This document shows, piece by piece, positions 49,125 through 58,880 of a stretch of DNA of 64,000 bases. The position numbers and the translations under genes were made by a program. Each line of letters begins with the position of its first letter. The first letter of the stretch is position 1. This DNA comes from Planctomycetota bacterium. Lineage in GTDB: Bacteria; Planctomycetota; UBA8742; UBA2392. The notes beneath the pieces were generated by a model that saw only the letters and a program-made list of their open reading frames with translations, was not told where the DNA came from and did not search any database. Where the stretch lies: positions 599,028-663,027 of the forward strand of contig JAOSKM010000003.1 of assembly GCA_027493625.1 (NCBI GenBank), written 5' to 3'.

Positions 49125-49177
49125 ACAGATACACCATGCATATTGACACGTCAATACTATTCTTGACGTGTCAATAT
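49125..49177 (-). promoter_or_regulatory. Promoter with palindromic operator for the tRNA array
   Basis: ATATTGACACGTCAA-8 nt-TTGACGTGTCAATAT perfect IR; TTGACG-17 nt-(TG)TATCTG on the minus strand. Confidence 0.65.
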
Positions 49178-49204
49178 AAACGCGGTTGCCGGCCGCGCGG
49201 TTTC

Positions 49205-49240
49205 AAAAAAACTGCCGGCGCTTCTACTGGCGGCGCCGGC
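49205..49240 (-). terminator. Intrinsic terminator ending the phage-like operon
   Basis: GCCGGCGC...GCGCCGGC followed by AGTTTTTTT. Confidence 0.6.
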
Positions 49241-49634
49241 GACCCGTCAGGAATCCGCCTCCTCCTCCGATCAGCCCGCCCAGGATCAGCCCCAGCACGC
49301 CCTCGAGGTAGCTGTCCTGCGCCCGGGCGCGCTCCAGCTCGCCCTTGGCGGTTTCGAAGGCGTTGCGGGTCTGCTCGAACTTCAGCTCGCGGCTGCGGCG
49401 CTCGTCCTCTGCTGCCTGCAGCGCGGCCAGCGCCGCCTGCACGCGGTCGCCTTCGCCTTCCTTCAGCGCCTCGATGTACGCGCCGCGCGTTTTCTCGGCC
49501 ACTTCCATGGCGTCGCGCAGCTCGGCGCCGGCTTGCTCCATGGCGTCGCGGGTGCGCTCGGCGGTTTCCAGGGCGTACTGCAGGCTGCTGCAGCCCGCCA
49601 GCACAACAAACAACAGGGGGATGACGTACTTCAT
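49224..49634 (-). CDS. Coiled-coil lipoprotein with C-terminal TM (unimolecular spanin-like topology)
   Basis: LAGC lipobox, coiled coil, GVLGLILGGLIGG-RRRR tail; AGGAG RBS. Confidence 0.7.
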   Translation of the reverse strand: MKYVIPLLFVVLAGCSSLQYALETAERTRDAMEQAGAELRDAMEVAEKTRGAYIEALKEGEGDRVQAALAALQAAEDERRSRELKFEQTRNAFETAKGELERARAQDSYLEGVLGLILGGLIGGGGGFLTGRRRRQ

Positions 49635-49658
49635 GGGGAACTCCTTTCGGGATGGGTG

Positions 49659-49877
49659 TCAGCGGGTTTCCAGCACGGCCAGGCGCTCGGCGTGTTCGCT
49701 GCTGGCGCGATACAGCTCACGGATGTCGTCGCGCTGCAGCTCGGACTGCTTGGCCAGCGCGTCCACCACGCCGGCCAGCTTCAGCACCGCGTTGTTCAGT
49801 CGCAGGCACACGCCGATCAGCCCGATGCCGATCGCGCCGATCCACGCGCTGGCCACGCTGATGATCACGGCTTCCAT
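49659..49877 (-). CDS. Small TM plus coiled-coil protein (holin/hemolysin-like)
   Basis: One TM followed by ...HAERLAVLETR. Confidence 0.6.
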   Translation of the reverse strand: MEAVIISVASAWIGAIGIGLIGVCLRLNNAVLKLAGVVDALAKQSELQRDDIRELYRASSEHAERLAVLETR

Positions 49878-50134
49878 TACCGGCCTCCCAGCAGTGCGAT
49901 GTCTTCGGCGCTGGCGCCCAGGGCCAGCAGGCGTTGCTCGGCGGCGAACACCCGGTCGCGCTTCGCCAGCTCGCTCCGCAGGCGCTCGGCCTCCGCGCGC
50001 GCGTCCGTGTTGATGGCGGCGCGGAACTCAACCAGCAGCGAGGGCCAGGCCTGCTCGAAGTCAAACCCCGGCTCGAAGCTGCGCGCCGTCAGTACCAGGT
50101 TCAGGAGTTGGGTTGCCGCTGCCTGCCAGTCCAT
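49877..50134 (-). CDS. Hypothetical phage-like protein
   Basis: GAGGA RBS; TAATG coupling to the next gene. Confidence 0.6.
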   Translation of the reverse strand: MDWQAAATQLLNLVLTARSFEPGFDFEQAWPSLLVEFRAAINTDARAEAERLRSELAKRDRVFAAEQRLLALGASAEDIALLGGR

Positions 50135-50143
50135 TGGATTTCC

Positions 50144-53100
50144 TCAGGTTGGAGTGCCGATCACCAGCAGGCGGAACGCGACACCGCTCGCGTTCCAGGC
50201 GCCGTTGGTGCTGTTGATTGTCAGGGTTTGCGCGCTGCCGGCGCCCGGGGCGTTCAGGCTCCAGGTCGCCCAGTGAGAGCCGTCGGCGTCGTACTTCAGG
50301 TTGATCGTGCCCGTGCCGCCCATCGGCCAGCTTGAACTGGGGCCGCTGCCGCTGCCGTCGCGGCACTGGTAAATGAAGTGCGCGCGGTTGATGCCGGTCA
50401 GCGCCACCGTCTTGCCGCTCACGCCGCTGCCGCTGTACTCGACCACGCTGGCGACCAGGTTGGCGCCGGCCGGATGCAGGTCCTCGAACTTCGCGAACTT
50501 CGCCACCCCCGCGTCATCGATCACCAGCAGCTTGTAGCCGTCAGTGACGGCCGAGAGCTGGCCGAGCCCCGCCACCGTGGCCAGCAGGTGCTGCAGTTGC
50601 GACTTGCGCCCGACCAGGCTGGTGCGGACCATGAATTCATCGGTGGGGCTTAGCGTGGAGTCTGAGGTGGCGTTATTGATCAGCTCGTTGATGGCGCCGT
50701 CTGCGCTGCTCGCGGCGGTTCCGCCGTTGGCCAGCGACAGCGGCAGGGCGGGCAGCTCGCTGCTGTAGGCCAGCTTGTTCGCGCCGTGGTAGAGGCGCGA
50801 GTCGCTGCTCTTGATCCAGGCCGTGTTCGCCGCCACGCCGCCCGGATTGGCGCTCTGCGGCGTGAGTTCAAGCCCCGTGGGGTCGATCAGCCCGGCCACG
50901 CCCAGCTTGCCCCCGACTTCCAGGTTGCCGTCCGTACGCAGGGTGTTTGATCCGTCGCGATAAAGCTCGACGTCCTTGCCGAATGCGATGCCCTCGTCGT
51001 CACCGGCCCCCAGCCGCAGCGCCTGGCTGTCGCCGAAGTTCGCATCCGCCGGCCCGACCTGCAGGTGACCCGTAACGTGCACGCCGCGCGACAACCCGGC
51101 CGGCGTTGACGCGTCAACATCTCGCGGCAGCAGTTCAAGATGACCGCCCGATGTGGCAAGGCGCACGTCCCAGCCCGAGTGCACACGGCCGGCGGCGAAG
51201 TGCGGGTGGCCGAACGCCAGCACCACTTCGGGGTGCAGCGCGAGGAACGTCTGGCGCGCCCCCGAATCGAGTTGCGCGGCGGGCATGGCGACGCCCGGCG
51301 GCAGGTAGATGCAGCCGCCGCCGAGGCTGGGGTCGGGTACGCCGTTCGCTTCGCCGGCCCAGCCTTGGCTCTTGATGCTGGGGCCGGGGTAGGGCGTTTC
51401 GCGCTCCTGCCCGCGTTCGCTGGGCGCCGGCACCCAGTCGTGGCTGGGCGCCCACAGCTCGTACTCGCTGACCGCCGGCCGAATGTCGTACGGCACGCAC
51501 AGCATGGTCGGCACGTAGGGCGGCGGCGGGTCCTCGACCGGCGGCGCGGGCGGCGGGCCGATCGGCGGCTTCCAGGTGGGCGGGATCTCGGGCAGGAAAG
51601 GCACCCGGTACTGGATCTTCCAGCGCCCTTCGCGTTGCGTGTGGTTCCAGGGGTGGCGCTCGGCGGCGTCGTACTTGAGCTGCGCCTCATAGGGCGGCCA
51701 GGGCGGGATGCCGCCCGCAAATGGCTCAGCGTAGAACTTCACGGGCGCGTCGTGCACCGCGTCGCCCGGGACCTTGAAGAACGCGTCCGTGCTGATGTGC
51801 CCCGCGCTCTCGCGGTACACGCCGTCCTTCACGGCTGTGCCGTACAGGTGTTTGCTGCACGCGTCGGCGTCGGCCAGTATCGGCCCTCCCTGCAGCGTAG
51901 CCGTGAGGCGGCCGAGCGAGCGCCCGTCGGTTTCCGCGAACAGCCCGCGCCCGAGCACTTCCGGGTTGGCGGTGTCGCCTTCGCGCAGGTTCAGCGCCGG
52001 GGCCCAGCCGCCGTCGCGGGCGCCTTCCTGCCGGTGCGCGGGGCTGAGCGCCAGCACGCTCAGGAACTGCAGCCCGCCGCGCCGGCCCAGGCTTGACCCG
52101 TCAAGGTCATAGACCAGGCTGGAAGATGCACCCGGCTCAGGCCCACGTGCGTCGGCAACCAGCGGCCCGCAATCCACGAAGTGCGGCTCGTCGCCAAGGC
52201 TCACAATCAGGCCGCGCATAGCCTGCGGCAAAACGTGGCGGGCTTCGAACAATTGTTTGGGCGCAATCTCCGCGTGGCGTTCGTCCGGCGCCAGCACGCG
52301 CAGCCGGCCGGAGTCTACGACCTCCACGCCGGCGACGAAGAACCAGCGCCCGAACTTCGCGGCGTCGCTGCTTTCGAGAAAGAACGGAAACGCCAGCGGG
52401 CCCGGGTGGCGCAGCTCCAGCGCGCCTGTGTCGTCGCGGCGGTGCAGCGCTTCCACCGCGAGCACGCTTTCGCCTTCGGGTGCTTCGCCGCTCGCGCGCA
52501 GCACCAGCGGCCCCGCACGGAAAGCGTTGATCGGCTGGTGCAGCCCGCTAGGTGTCGGCGCCGACGAGCGCGAACCCGCCAGGCGCGGAGCGCCAGCGTC
52601 AGGCGCGGCCGGCAGAACATGCGCGCGCTCGCTGATGGTGCTGACCAGCCCATCGGGGCCGGCCTCGATAACCACACGTTCGACCGCACCCTGGGCCAGC
52701 GCTTCGCAGACACCTGCCAGCTTCGCCACGCGCCGTGAATGCACGTGTTGGTGAACGGCGGCAAGTTCGGAGGCCGCCGCGCGCAGGGCGCCGGCGTTCA
52801 CCACCGCGCCGCTTTTGTACAGCGCAACCAGGTGCTGCGCGTGCAGCGTGATCGGCTCACCTTCGCCGCCGGGGAAGTCCGCCGTAAAAGGCGGGCGCGT
52901 CGCAACGTGCGCAACGCGCAGGCTCAGCTTCGCGGCGCCGCTCAGGCGGCGATCCTGCAGCGTGGGATCGTCGGCGCCGCCGCCTGGCTGAAGCAGCGCA
53001 AACGGCGGCCGCGGCAGGTAGACCAGGCCGGCGTCGGCCTCCAGCTCAAAACCCTCAATCGGCTCGGCAACCGTCTCTTCAATACTGCGCTGCGCCGGGT

Positions 53101-54061
53101 GTTTCGGCGCCGTGTTCAGTGGCCGTGCGATGTGTGCCGTGAGCGACGGCGGCTGAAAGGTGCCGTCCTCATTCAATCCGCCCACGGGCAGCCAGGGCAG
53201 CGTCACCCCGCGCGCGCGGAACAGCCGGAACGCGTAGCGCTTCAGCGCCGCCAGGCGCGCAGCACCGTTGGGAGCCGTGGCGGGCAGCAGCGTCTCGAAG
53301 CCGCCGTCGCTGAGGCAGGCCTGGCGCGCGACGTGCTCGCTGACTCCCCACTGCGCAAGCACCTCGGCCAGTGGCTGCAGCGCGCCGCTGTCGTCCGGTA
53401 GCACCGGCTCGAAGTCGGTCAGCTCGGACAGCTCCAGTGCAGGGCCGCCGACCACCGTCACGCTCGAGGGCCGCTGTGCCTGCGAGGCACTGATCTCGAT
53501 CAGCCGTGTTTCATTCAGCGCCGCAGTTGTCTCGGCTGAAGCAACTGCAACCTGGCCCTCGTCATTTACCGTGCAGCTCAGACCCACGCTTGCCAGCAGG
53601 GCCTCGACGGCATGGCCAAGATCGCCGTTGGCGCGCAGGTTGACCGGCGCCGCCGTGCCGCCCGGCAGGCGCGGCGCTTCTGTCGCGTCCAGGCCGGCGG
53701 CCTCGAACAGGCGTTCGATCGCGGCCTGGGCGCTCAGTGGCTCGCCCTCGCGCCAGGCCGTGCCGTCGCCGACGGGCGCGTTGATTTCGCATCGCACCGG
53801 CCGGCGCCAGCTTTCGCGCAGATCGCTGCCGGTCACGCGCACGCGGCCGTCACCCAGCGCTTCGACACGCCGGGCGGTGAACTGGCTGAAGGTGCGCCGT
53901 GTTTCGGCGTCCGCAACGTGCAGCACCACCGGCCCCGTCTGCGCGATGGCGCTGGGCGGCAATACGGCTTCAAAGCTGGAAGCGCTGCCGCCGCGCCGCA
54001 GCTCGATGCGCAGGCCGAGCAGCGATTGCCCGTTGAGTGTGGCTGTGACGTGCTCGTTCAT
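50144..54061 (-). CDS. Large virion-structural-like protein (tail/baseplate with fibre-like C terminus)
   Basis: 1305 aa; LPLSLANGGT fibre-type motif; position in the structural operon. Confidence 0.65.
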   Translation of the reverse strand: MNEHVTATLNGQSLLGLRIELRRGGSASSFEAVLPPSAIAQTGPVVLHVADAETRRTFSQFTARRVEALGDGRVRVTGSDLRESWRRPVRCEINAPVGDGTAWREGEPLSAQAAIERLFEAAGLDATEAPRLPGGTAAPVNLRANGDLGHAVEALLASVGLSCTVNDEGQVAVASAETTAALNETRLIEISASQAQRPSSVTVVGGPALELSELTDFEPVLPDDSGALQPLAEVLAQWGVSEHVARQACLSDGGFETLLPATAPNGAARLAALKRYAFRLFRARGVTLPWLPVGGLNEDGTFQPPSLTAHIARPLNTAPKHPAQRSIEETVAEPIEGFELEADAGLVYLPRPPFALLQPGGGADDPTLQDRRLSGAAKLSLRVAHVATRPPFTADFPGGEGEPITLHAQHLVALYKSGAVVNAGALRAAASELAAVHQHVHSRRVAKLAGVCEALAQGAVERVVIEAGPDGLVSTISERAHVLPAAPDAGAPRLAGSRSSAPTPSGLHQPINAFRAGPLVLRASGEAPEGESVLAVEALHRRDDTGALELRHPGPLAFPFFLESSDAAKFGRWFFVAGVEVVDSGRLRVLAPDERHAEIAPKQLFEARHVLPQAMRGLIVSLGDEPHFVDCGPLVADARGPEPGASSSLVYDLDGSSLGRRGGLQFLSVLALSPAHRQEGARDGGWAPALNLREGDTANPEVLGRGLFAETDGRSLGRLTATLQGGPILADADACSKHLYGTAVKDGVYRESAGHISTDAFFKVPGDAVHDAPVKFYAEPFAGGIPPWPPYEAQLKYDAAERHPWNHTQREGRWKIQYRVPFLPEIPPTWKPPIGPPPAPPVEDPPPPYVPTMLCVPYDIRPAVSEYELWAPSHDWVPAPSERGQERETPYPGPSIKSQGWAGEANGVPDPSLGGGCIYLPPGVAMPAAQLDSGARQTFLALHPEVVLAFGHPHFAAGRVHSGWDVRLATSGGHLELLPRDVDASTPAGLSRGVHVTGHLQVGPADANFGDSQALRLGAGDDEGIAFGKDVELYRDGSNTLRTDGNLEVGGKLGVAGLIDPTGLELTPQSANPGGVAANTAWIKSSDSRLYHGANKLAYSSELPALPLSLANGGTAASSADGAINELINNATSDSTLSPTDEFMVRTSLVGRKSQLQHLLATVAGLGQLSAVTDGYKLLVIDDAGVAKFAKFEDLHPAGANLVASVVEYSGSGVSGKTVALTGINRAHFIYQCRDGSGSGPSSSWPMGGTGTINLKYDADGSHWATWSLNAPGAGSAQTLTINSTNGAWNASGVAFRLLVIGTPT

Positions 54062-55195
54062 CTAAACCTCCGGCGCCAGCTCGACCATGGCCGCGCGCCC
54101 GCGCGAAACGTAGCGCCAGCTGGTGACCCAGCGGCGGTCGGCGGGCAGGCCCCCGTGCGGCAGTGAGTACTCGACGTGCCGCTCGATAAGCTCGGCGGCG
54201 TAGCGCGGCGCGGGCGGGCTGACGTGGCGGCCGTCGCCGACCGCGCTGCCCTGCTGAATGATCTCCGTCTGCGGCGCGCCCACCTGCTGGCGATATGCTG
54301 GCAGCGCGGTGTCGAGCAGCGGGTGGTCGATAACGCGCCGCGTGGTGGTGAACGAAAGCGTTTCGGTCAGCGCCAGGCTGCCGGCCTCTTCCAGCAGTTC
54401 CACGAACTCGAAATCAACGCGCCGCGTGAACGGGTTCGCCGCGATGCGCGTCGAGACCAGCCGCTCACCGGCCGGGCGCAACTCCAGCGCGCGGGCCCGG
54501 GCCGAGGCGCCCACGAAGAAGCCGCTCAGGGCCCGCACCGTGCGGCCTTCGGCATCTGTGAACTCGCTGGCGACATAGTGGCCGTCGTCCACGCCGCCGG
54601 GCAGCGGCGTGAACACCTGCTCATCTTCGACTTCGTACTCGAGCGCGGGTACCACCGTGTCGCGCGTGACCACCGTGCGCACGCGCCGCCAACCGGCGCC
54701 CAGCACGGGCTGCAGCAGCGCCTCGAAGTCGGCGGGGTTCTCGTTGCGGCGCAAGATTGCCAGCCCCTTGGTGACCAGCCTGGCGGGCTGGCCGGCGGCC
54801 GTCGCCTCGCGCACCGTGTACTGGTGCGACTGCACGGCGCTCGCGGACTCCTGCAACGTGGCGCGGAATTCCAGCGTCACCCCGCGCCGGTTGTGGGCCT
54901 GGCCGGGCACGCGCTCGCGCTCCGTGACCGCGTGCAGCGTGGGGCCGAGCCGGCAGTCCGCGACAGTCAGCACGCGCACGTCCGTGCCGTCGGCCTGCAG
55001 CTTCAGGTCGCCGCCGCTTCCCTGCGCGTCGCGCAGGCTCTGCAAGGCGGATTCCAGGGCGGCGGGCGTGGCTGCTTCGACTTCCAGCTCGATCAGCCAG
55101 CGCTCGGTCACCTCTGGTGACTTGCCCGTGCGGCAGACGTCCAGGCTGGTAGCGGCGCCGAGTGCGGCGCCGTTAAAATGCAGTGCGAGTGTCAT
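54062..55195 (-). CDS. Hypothetical structural-operon protein
   Basis: Tightly packed 377-aa ORF. Confidence 0.7.
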   Translation of the reverse strand: MTLALHFNGAALGAATSLDVCRTGKSPEVTERWLIELEVEAATPAALESALQSLRDAQGSGGDLKLQADGTDVRVLTVADCRLGPTLHAVTERERVPGQAHNRRGVTLEFRATLQESASAVQSHQYTVREATAAGQPARLVTKGLAILRRNENPADFEALLQPVLGAGWRRVRTVVTRDTVVPALEYEVEDEQVFTPLPGGVDDGHYVASEFTDAEGRTVRALSGFFVGASARARALELRPAGERLVSTRIAANPFTRRVDFEFVELLEEAGSLALTETLSFTTTRRVIDHPLLDTALPAYRQQVGAPQTEIIQQGSAVGDGRHVSPPAPRYAAELIERHVEYSLPHGGLPADRRWVTSWRYVSRGRAAMVELAPEV

Positions 55196-55197
55196 GG

Positions 55198-56508
55198 CTA
55201 CTCCGCCAGGGTGTCCGAGATGGTGGGCGTGCCGGACGACGGCAGGGCGATCTCCAGGCGCTCGCGCGCGAACACCTGGAACGCGCCGGCCTCGTCACTG
55301 GTGCTGTCCAGCGTGAAGCGGTCGGCGACAGGCGCAGTCTGCGGGGCCGCGGCGCCTTGAAAGATCGCCAGCCGCAGGCCCGCATGGGGCACTTCGGTCG
55401 CGGGCGCCAGCGACACGCCGTCCAGGTACACCGCGCCGTTGAAGGTCGCGCCGCAGCGGATGCGCACCTTCACCTTGTTGGGGAAGCTGCCGCGCGGCAG
55501 GTATTGCAGGCCGCCGAGGTGCAGCCACTGGCCCGTGGGTGTTGACCCGTCAATGGTGAGCGTCAGCGCCGAGGCCGCACCGTCGATCAGCAGGTCCAGC
55601 TTCACGTCGCCGCCGGAGTAGCTGCCGACGTACACCCAGGCGCCCAGGGCCCAGAAACGGCCGGATTCCAGGGGCGGGTCGCGATCGGCCAGGTCCTGCT
55701 GCAACTCGCCGGACGTGGCGCCGTTGCCGGTGATCTTCAGTGATCCGCCGCCGAAGAGCTTGGTGGCGGTATCGCGGCTGAACGCGCTGCCGCCGCTGAT
55801 CACGCTCCAGTGGTCCAGCACGCCCGCGGTATCGTCCTCGAAGGCGCCGTCCGTCACCACGTTGCGCGCGTCCGTGATCGCCCCGTAGGTCACCGGGATC
55901 GCGCGGGTGCTGACCGGCGGGCCGACTTCCGGCCGAATGCGGAACTCTTCCTGCCCCACGGGCACGCGGTGGCGCGGGTTGTCGCGCACGCACTCGATGC
56001 AGATGCGCTGGTTCACGATGCGCTCGTCATCGACCAGGTTCTCAGCGGCGTCCACGGTCTGCTTGCTGACGTAGCAGGCCGCGTCGCCGGCGTTGGCGAC
56101 GTCCGCGCTGACTGCACCCAGGCTGACCGCGTTGGCGGCCACGCTCTCGGCGTCGGCCAGCATGGCGCGTTGCAGCTCACGCAGCAGCTCGGCGCGAGAA
56201 GCGCCCTCGGAATTCAGCTCGGCGGCCAGGGCATCGCGGATCCAGGCGTCGAGGGACTGCTGCAGCTGCGCGCCCCAGCCGCGGGCCACGCGGGCGGCGT
56301 CGGCCAGCACGCCCACCGCGTCAAGGCGGTCGCGCTCGGCGGGTGCGTCATTGAGCACATCCACGAACTCTTCGCGCAGCTTGTCCAGGCTGCGGAAAAC
56401 CTCGCCGCCGCTGCTGAAGCTCAGGTTGCGCTCGGCCAGGTTGTCGAGCTGCGTGAAGGCGCGGGCGTACTGGCCCAGCACCTGGAAGATCGTCGTGTAG
56501 TTCGGCAT
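55198..56508 (-). CDS. Hypothetical structural protein with carbohydrate-binding-like domain
   Basis: NVVTDGAFED...VYLDGVSL, a CBM4/9-like pattern. Confidence 0.7.
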   Translation of the reverse strand: MPNYTTIFQVLGQYARAFTQLDNLAERNLSFSSGGEVFRSLDKLREEFVDVLNDAPAERDRLDAVGVLADAARVARGWGAQLQQSLDAWIRDALAAELNSEGASRAELLRELQRAMLADAESVAANAVSLGAVSADVANAGDAACYVSKQTVDAAENLVDDERIVNQRICIECVRDNPRHRVPVGQEEFRIRPEVGPPVSTRAIPVTYGAITDARNVVTDGAFEDDTAGVLDHWSVISGGSAFSRDTATKLFGGGSLKITGNGATSGELQQDLADRDPPLESGRFWALGAWVYVGSYSGGDVKLDLLIDGAASALTLTIDGSTPTGQWLHLGGLQYLPRGSFPNKVKVRIRCGATFNGAVYLDGVSLAPATEVPHAGLRLAIFQGAAAPQTAPVADRFTLDSTSDEAGAFQVFARERLEIALPSSGTPTISDTLAE

Positions 56509-56514
56509 GGGAAC

Positions 56515-57177
56515 CTAGCTGCGCAGGATCTGCGCGGTGAAGGGTTGGACCACCTGCCCGGCCACTGACACGCGTACGCGCGGCAGGCTCATCCGCGCCT
56601 CGCAGCGCCAGCGCGCGGCCAGGTACGCCGAGGGGTCGTCGGCGCGGCTGCTGAGGTGGTCATAGAGGAAGAAAAGGGCGTAGCGCGCTGTGACGTCGGC
56701 CAGCGGCTGCAGGCTGTCGGCGCGCCAGCCCTGCGGGAAGCGGGCGTTCAACAGGGCGTCCAGCACGCGCTTGGCGCGGGCCAGCGGGTCGGCGAAGCCG
56801 GGGCGGTTCGCAAACTGGCCGTTCGCAAGAAACGCGCTGATGCCCTTGTGCAGTGCGGCGAGGTCGTCGTCATCGGCGTAGAAGGCGTCGATCACGGCCT
56901 CGAAGGGCGTCGCGTCCGTGATGCGCACGCTGCCGCTGAGGCCGCTGGCGTTCTGGGCCGCGAGGCTGACGTCGCCGGTGTCGGCATCGAGCGTGCCTTG
57001 GGCCACCATGGTTGAGCGCGCGGCGTCGCTGAACAGGCTGACGGTGAAGTTGCCGCCGGCCTCCGTGATGCGCGTGTACAGGCGCCCGTGGTCGGTGTTG
57101 GCGCGGCTGGCGCCGTCGAGCACCCAGCGCGAGAACACGCCGTGCGGGTCGTCATGTGTGGTTACGTATTCGAGCAT
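56515..57177 (-). CDS. Possible head-tail adaptor/hypothetical protein
   Basis: Follows the capsid gene; helical C terminus. Confidence 0.6.
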   Translation of the reverse strand: MLEYVTTHDDPHGVFSRWVLDGASRANTDHGRLYTRITEAGGNFTVSLFSDAARSTMVAQGTLDADTGDVSLAAQNASGLSGSVRITDATPFEAVIDAFYADDDDLAALHKGISAFLANGQFANRPGFADPLARAKRVLDALLNARFPQGWRADSLQPLADVTARYALFFLYDHLSSRADDPSAYLAARWRCEARMSLPRVRVSVAGQVVQPFTAQILRS

Positions 57178-57245
57178 GGTTCACTTTGGGGAAGGCGCCG
57201 GGGCGGACAGGCCTGCCCGCCCCGGCCGGGGACATCCTGCGCGGC

Positions 57246-58382
57246 CTAGCTGGTGGCCAGGTTGGTGATGACGCCATGGCCGCCGTCACCGCCGTTCAGG
57301 ATTTCGAGGGTGTACTCGCCGATCAGCTGCGCCTTGCGGAAGTCGCCGCTTTCGGCCAGGGGCTTCACGAAGAAGCTGCGCCCCTGCAGGGGCATGACCT
57401 GCAGCTTGTCGAGATCCAGCAGCAGGATCTTGTCCGCGGGCACCCAGCGGCTCAGGATCACGCGCTGCACGCCGAAGTCGGACTCGTAGACATCCACCAC
57501 GTTGCGCAGGGCTGCGCTCTCCGGCTCGTAGCGCCGGCTGCTCTGGATGAAGCTGCTGATCTTGCGTTTCTGGAAGCCGTTGCAGACGATGGCCGTGGGG
57601 CGCCCGCCCTTCTCCCACACGTTGCGCAGGCTGGCGTTCAGCAGCGCTTCATCGAGCGCCGCGGCGCCGGCGTCGTCCACGCTGCCGGTGATGAACTGCA
57701 GCAGCCCGCCCATGGTGCGGCGCACGGAAGCGCTGCCCTGCGGGTTGGCGGCCGCCTTGAAGCCGCAGATCACCGTCTGCTCGAGGCTGCGCATCAGCTC
57801 GCGCAGGCGCTGGATCACCTGGTAGTCGAACTCGCGCTCCACGGCGTGCAGGCCGACGGCATCCATGCTGCCGCTGATCGTCACGGTCTCGGTGAAGATC
57901 TGGCTGAAGTTTTCCTTCCGCACGCGGGCGCGGTAGTTGGCGGCCGCGGCGTCTTCGCCTTCGAGTGCCGCGTGGCCGATCACGCTGACTTTCTGGTTGT
58001 CGACCACGGCCTCGGCCGTGCTGCCGCCGTAGCCGCGCGTGACGGTGAGTGTGTTGGTGCTGATGCCCGTGACCTGCAGGACTTCGTCGCTGCCCTCGGG
58101 GCGGATGATGTCGCCGACGCGGAAGACGCTGCCGTCGTCAACGACCCAGCTGGTGGCGACGTCGTCGTAGCCGGCGCCGTTGTTGACGGCGCTGAAGTTG
58201 GGGTTGAGCTGGTCTTCGAACCACTCGTGGCGCGTCGACTTCGCGCTGTAGCGCGGGCTGCCGATGGCATCGAGCAGCGGTGTGTCGAAGGGCGAGATCA
58301 GTCCGACGAGGTCGCTGACGTCGTCGACCAGCTCGGGCAGGCTTGCGCCCGCGTCGTAGGTTGCTTTGCCGGTGAAACTCAT
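57246..58382 (-). CDS. Major capsid protein (SU10/DUF5309-like, HK97 fold)
   Basis: DVSDLV.LISP.DTPL, HEWFED, N.SQIF..TV.ISG, RRTMGG, VDVYESDFG, IGEYTLE; AAGGAG RBS. Confidence 0.88.
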   Translation of the reverse strand: MSFTGKATYDAGASLPELVDDVSDLVGLISPFDTPLLDAIGSPRYSAKSTRHEWFEDQLNPNFSAVNNGAGYDDVATSWVVDDGSVFRVGDIIRPEGSDEVLQVTGISTNTLTVTRGYGGSTAEAVVDNQKVSVIGHAALEGEDAAAANYRARVRKENFSQIFTETVTISGSMDAVGLHAVEREFDYQVIQRLRELMRSLEQTVICGFKAAANPQGSASVRRTMGGLLQFITGSVDDAGAAALDEALLNASLRNVWEKGGRPTAIVCNGFQKRKISSFIQSSRRYEPESAALRNVVDVYESDFGVQRVILSRWVPADKILLLDLDKLQVMPLQGRSFFVKPLAESGDFRKAQLIGEYTLEILNGGDGGHGVITNLATS

Positions 58383-58463
58383 GGGGTTTGCTCCTTATGG
58401 GGTGGATGGGATGTTCGGGGTGCGTGAGGGTCCGACTTCGCCAAGGCTTCGTCGGACAGGAAA

Positions 58464-58880
58464 TCAGCGCCTGCGGCGTCTGATCTCCTGCACTTGACGT
58501 GTCAAGCTTCCGTGCCGGAGCTGCGTTGGGGCCGGCGCGGGCTCGGACAGCTTCTGGTTGGCGGGCGAAACCGGGGACCGGGCAAACAGGTAAGGGCGGG
58601 AGGACCGCAGGGAGCTGAACACGTCCTCGAGTGCCTGTGCGGTGTCCCCGGCCTCGCGCAGCCGGTTGACGACGTCCTCGAGCTTGAGGGCGTCGCCCGG
58701 GTAGAGCAGGCCTTCGCGCGGCGCGCGGTCGTAGAAGGCGCGCTCGACGCGGGCCTGCTCCAGGGTCGCGGCGTGCTCGTGCTCGAGGCGCGCGACCTGC
58801 TCAATGGCGGTGGTGATCTCGTCCGTCGGCTCCGGCAGCAAAGCGCGGAGCTGGTCGGTGATGGATGGGGGTTTGTTCAT
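58464..58880 (-). CDS. Putative capsid scaffolding protein
   Basis: Between portal and capsid; helical with a PYLF motif; ATGA coupling. Confidence 0.65.
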   Translation of the reverse strand: MNKPPSITDQLRALLPEPTDEITTAIEQVARLEHEHAATLEQARVERAFYDRAPREGLLYPGDALKLEDVVNRLREAGDTAQALEDVFSSLRSSRPYLFARSPVSPANQKLSEPAPAPTQLRHGSLTRQVQEIRRRRR

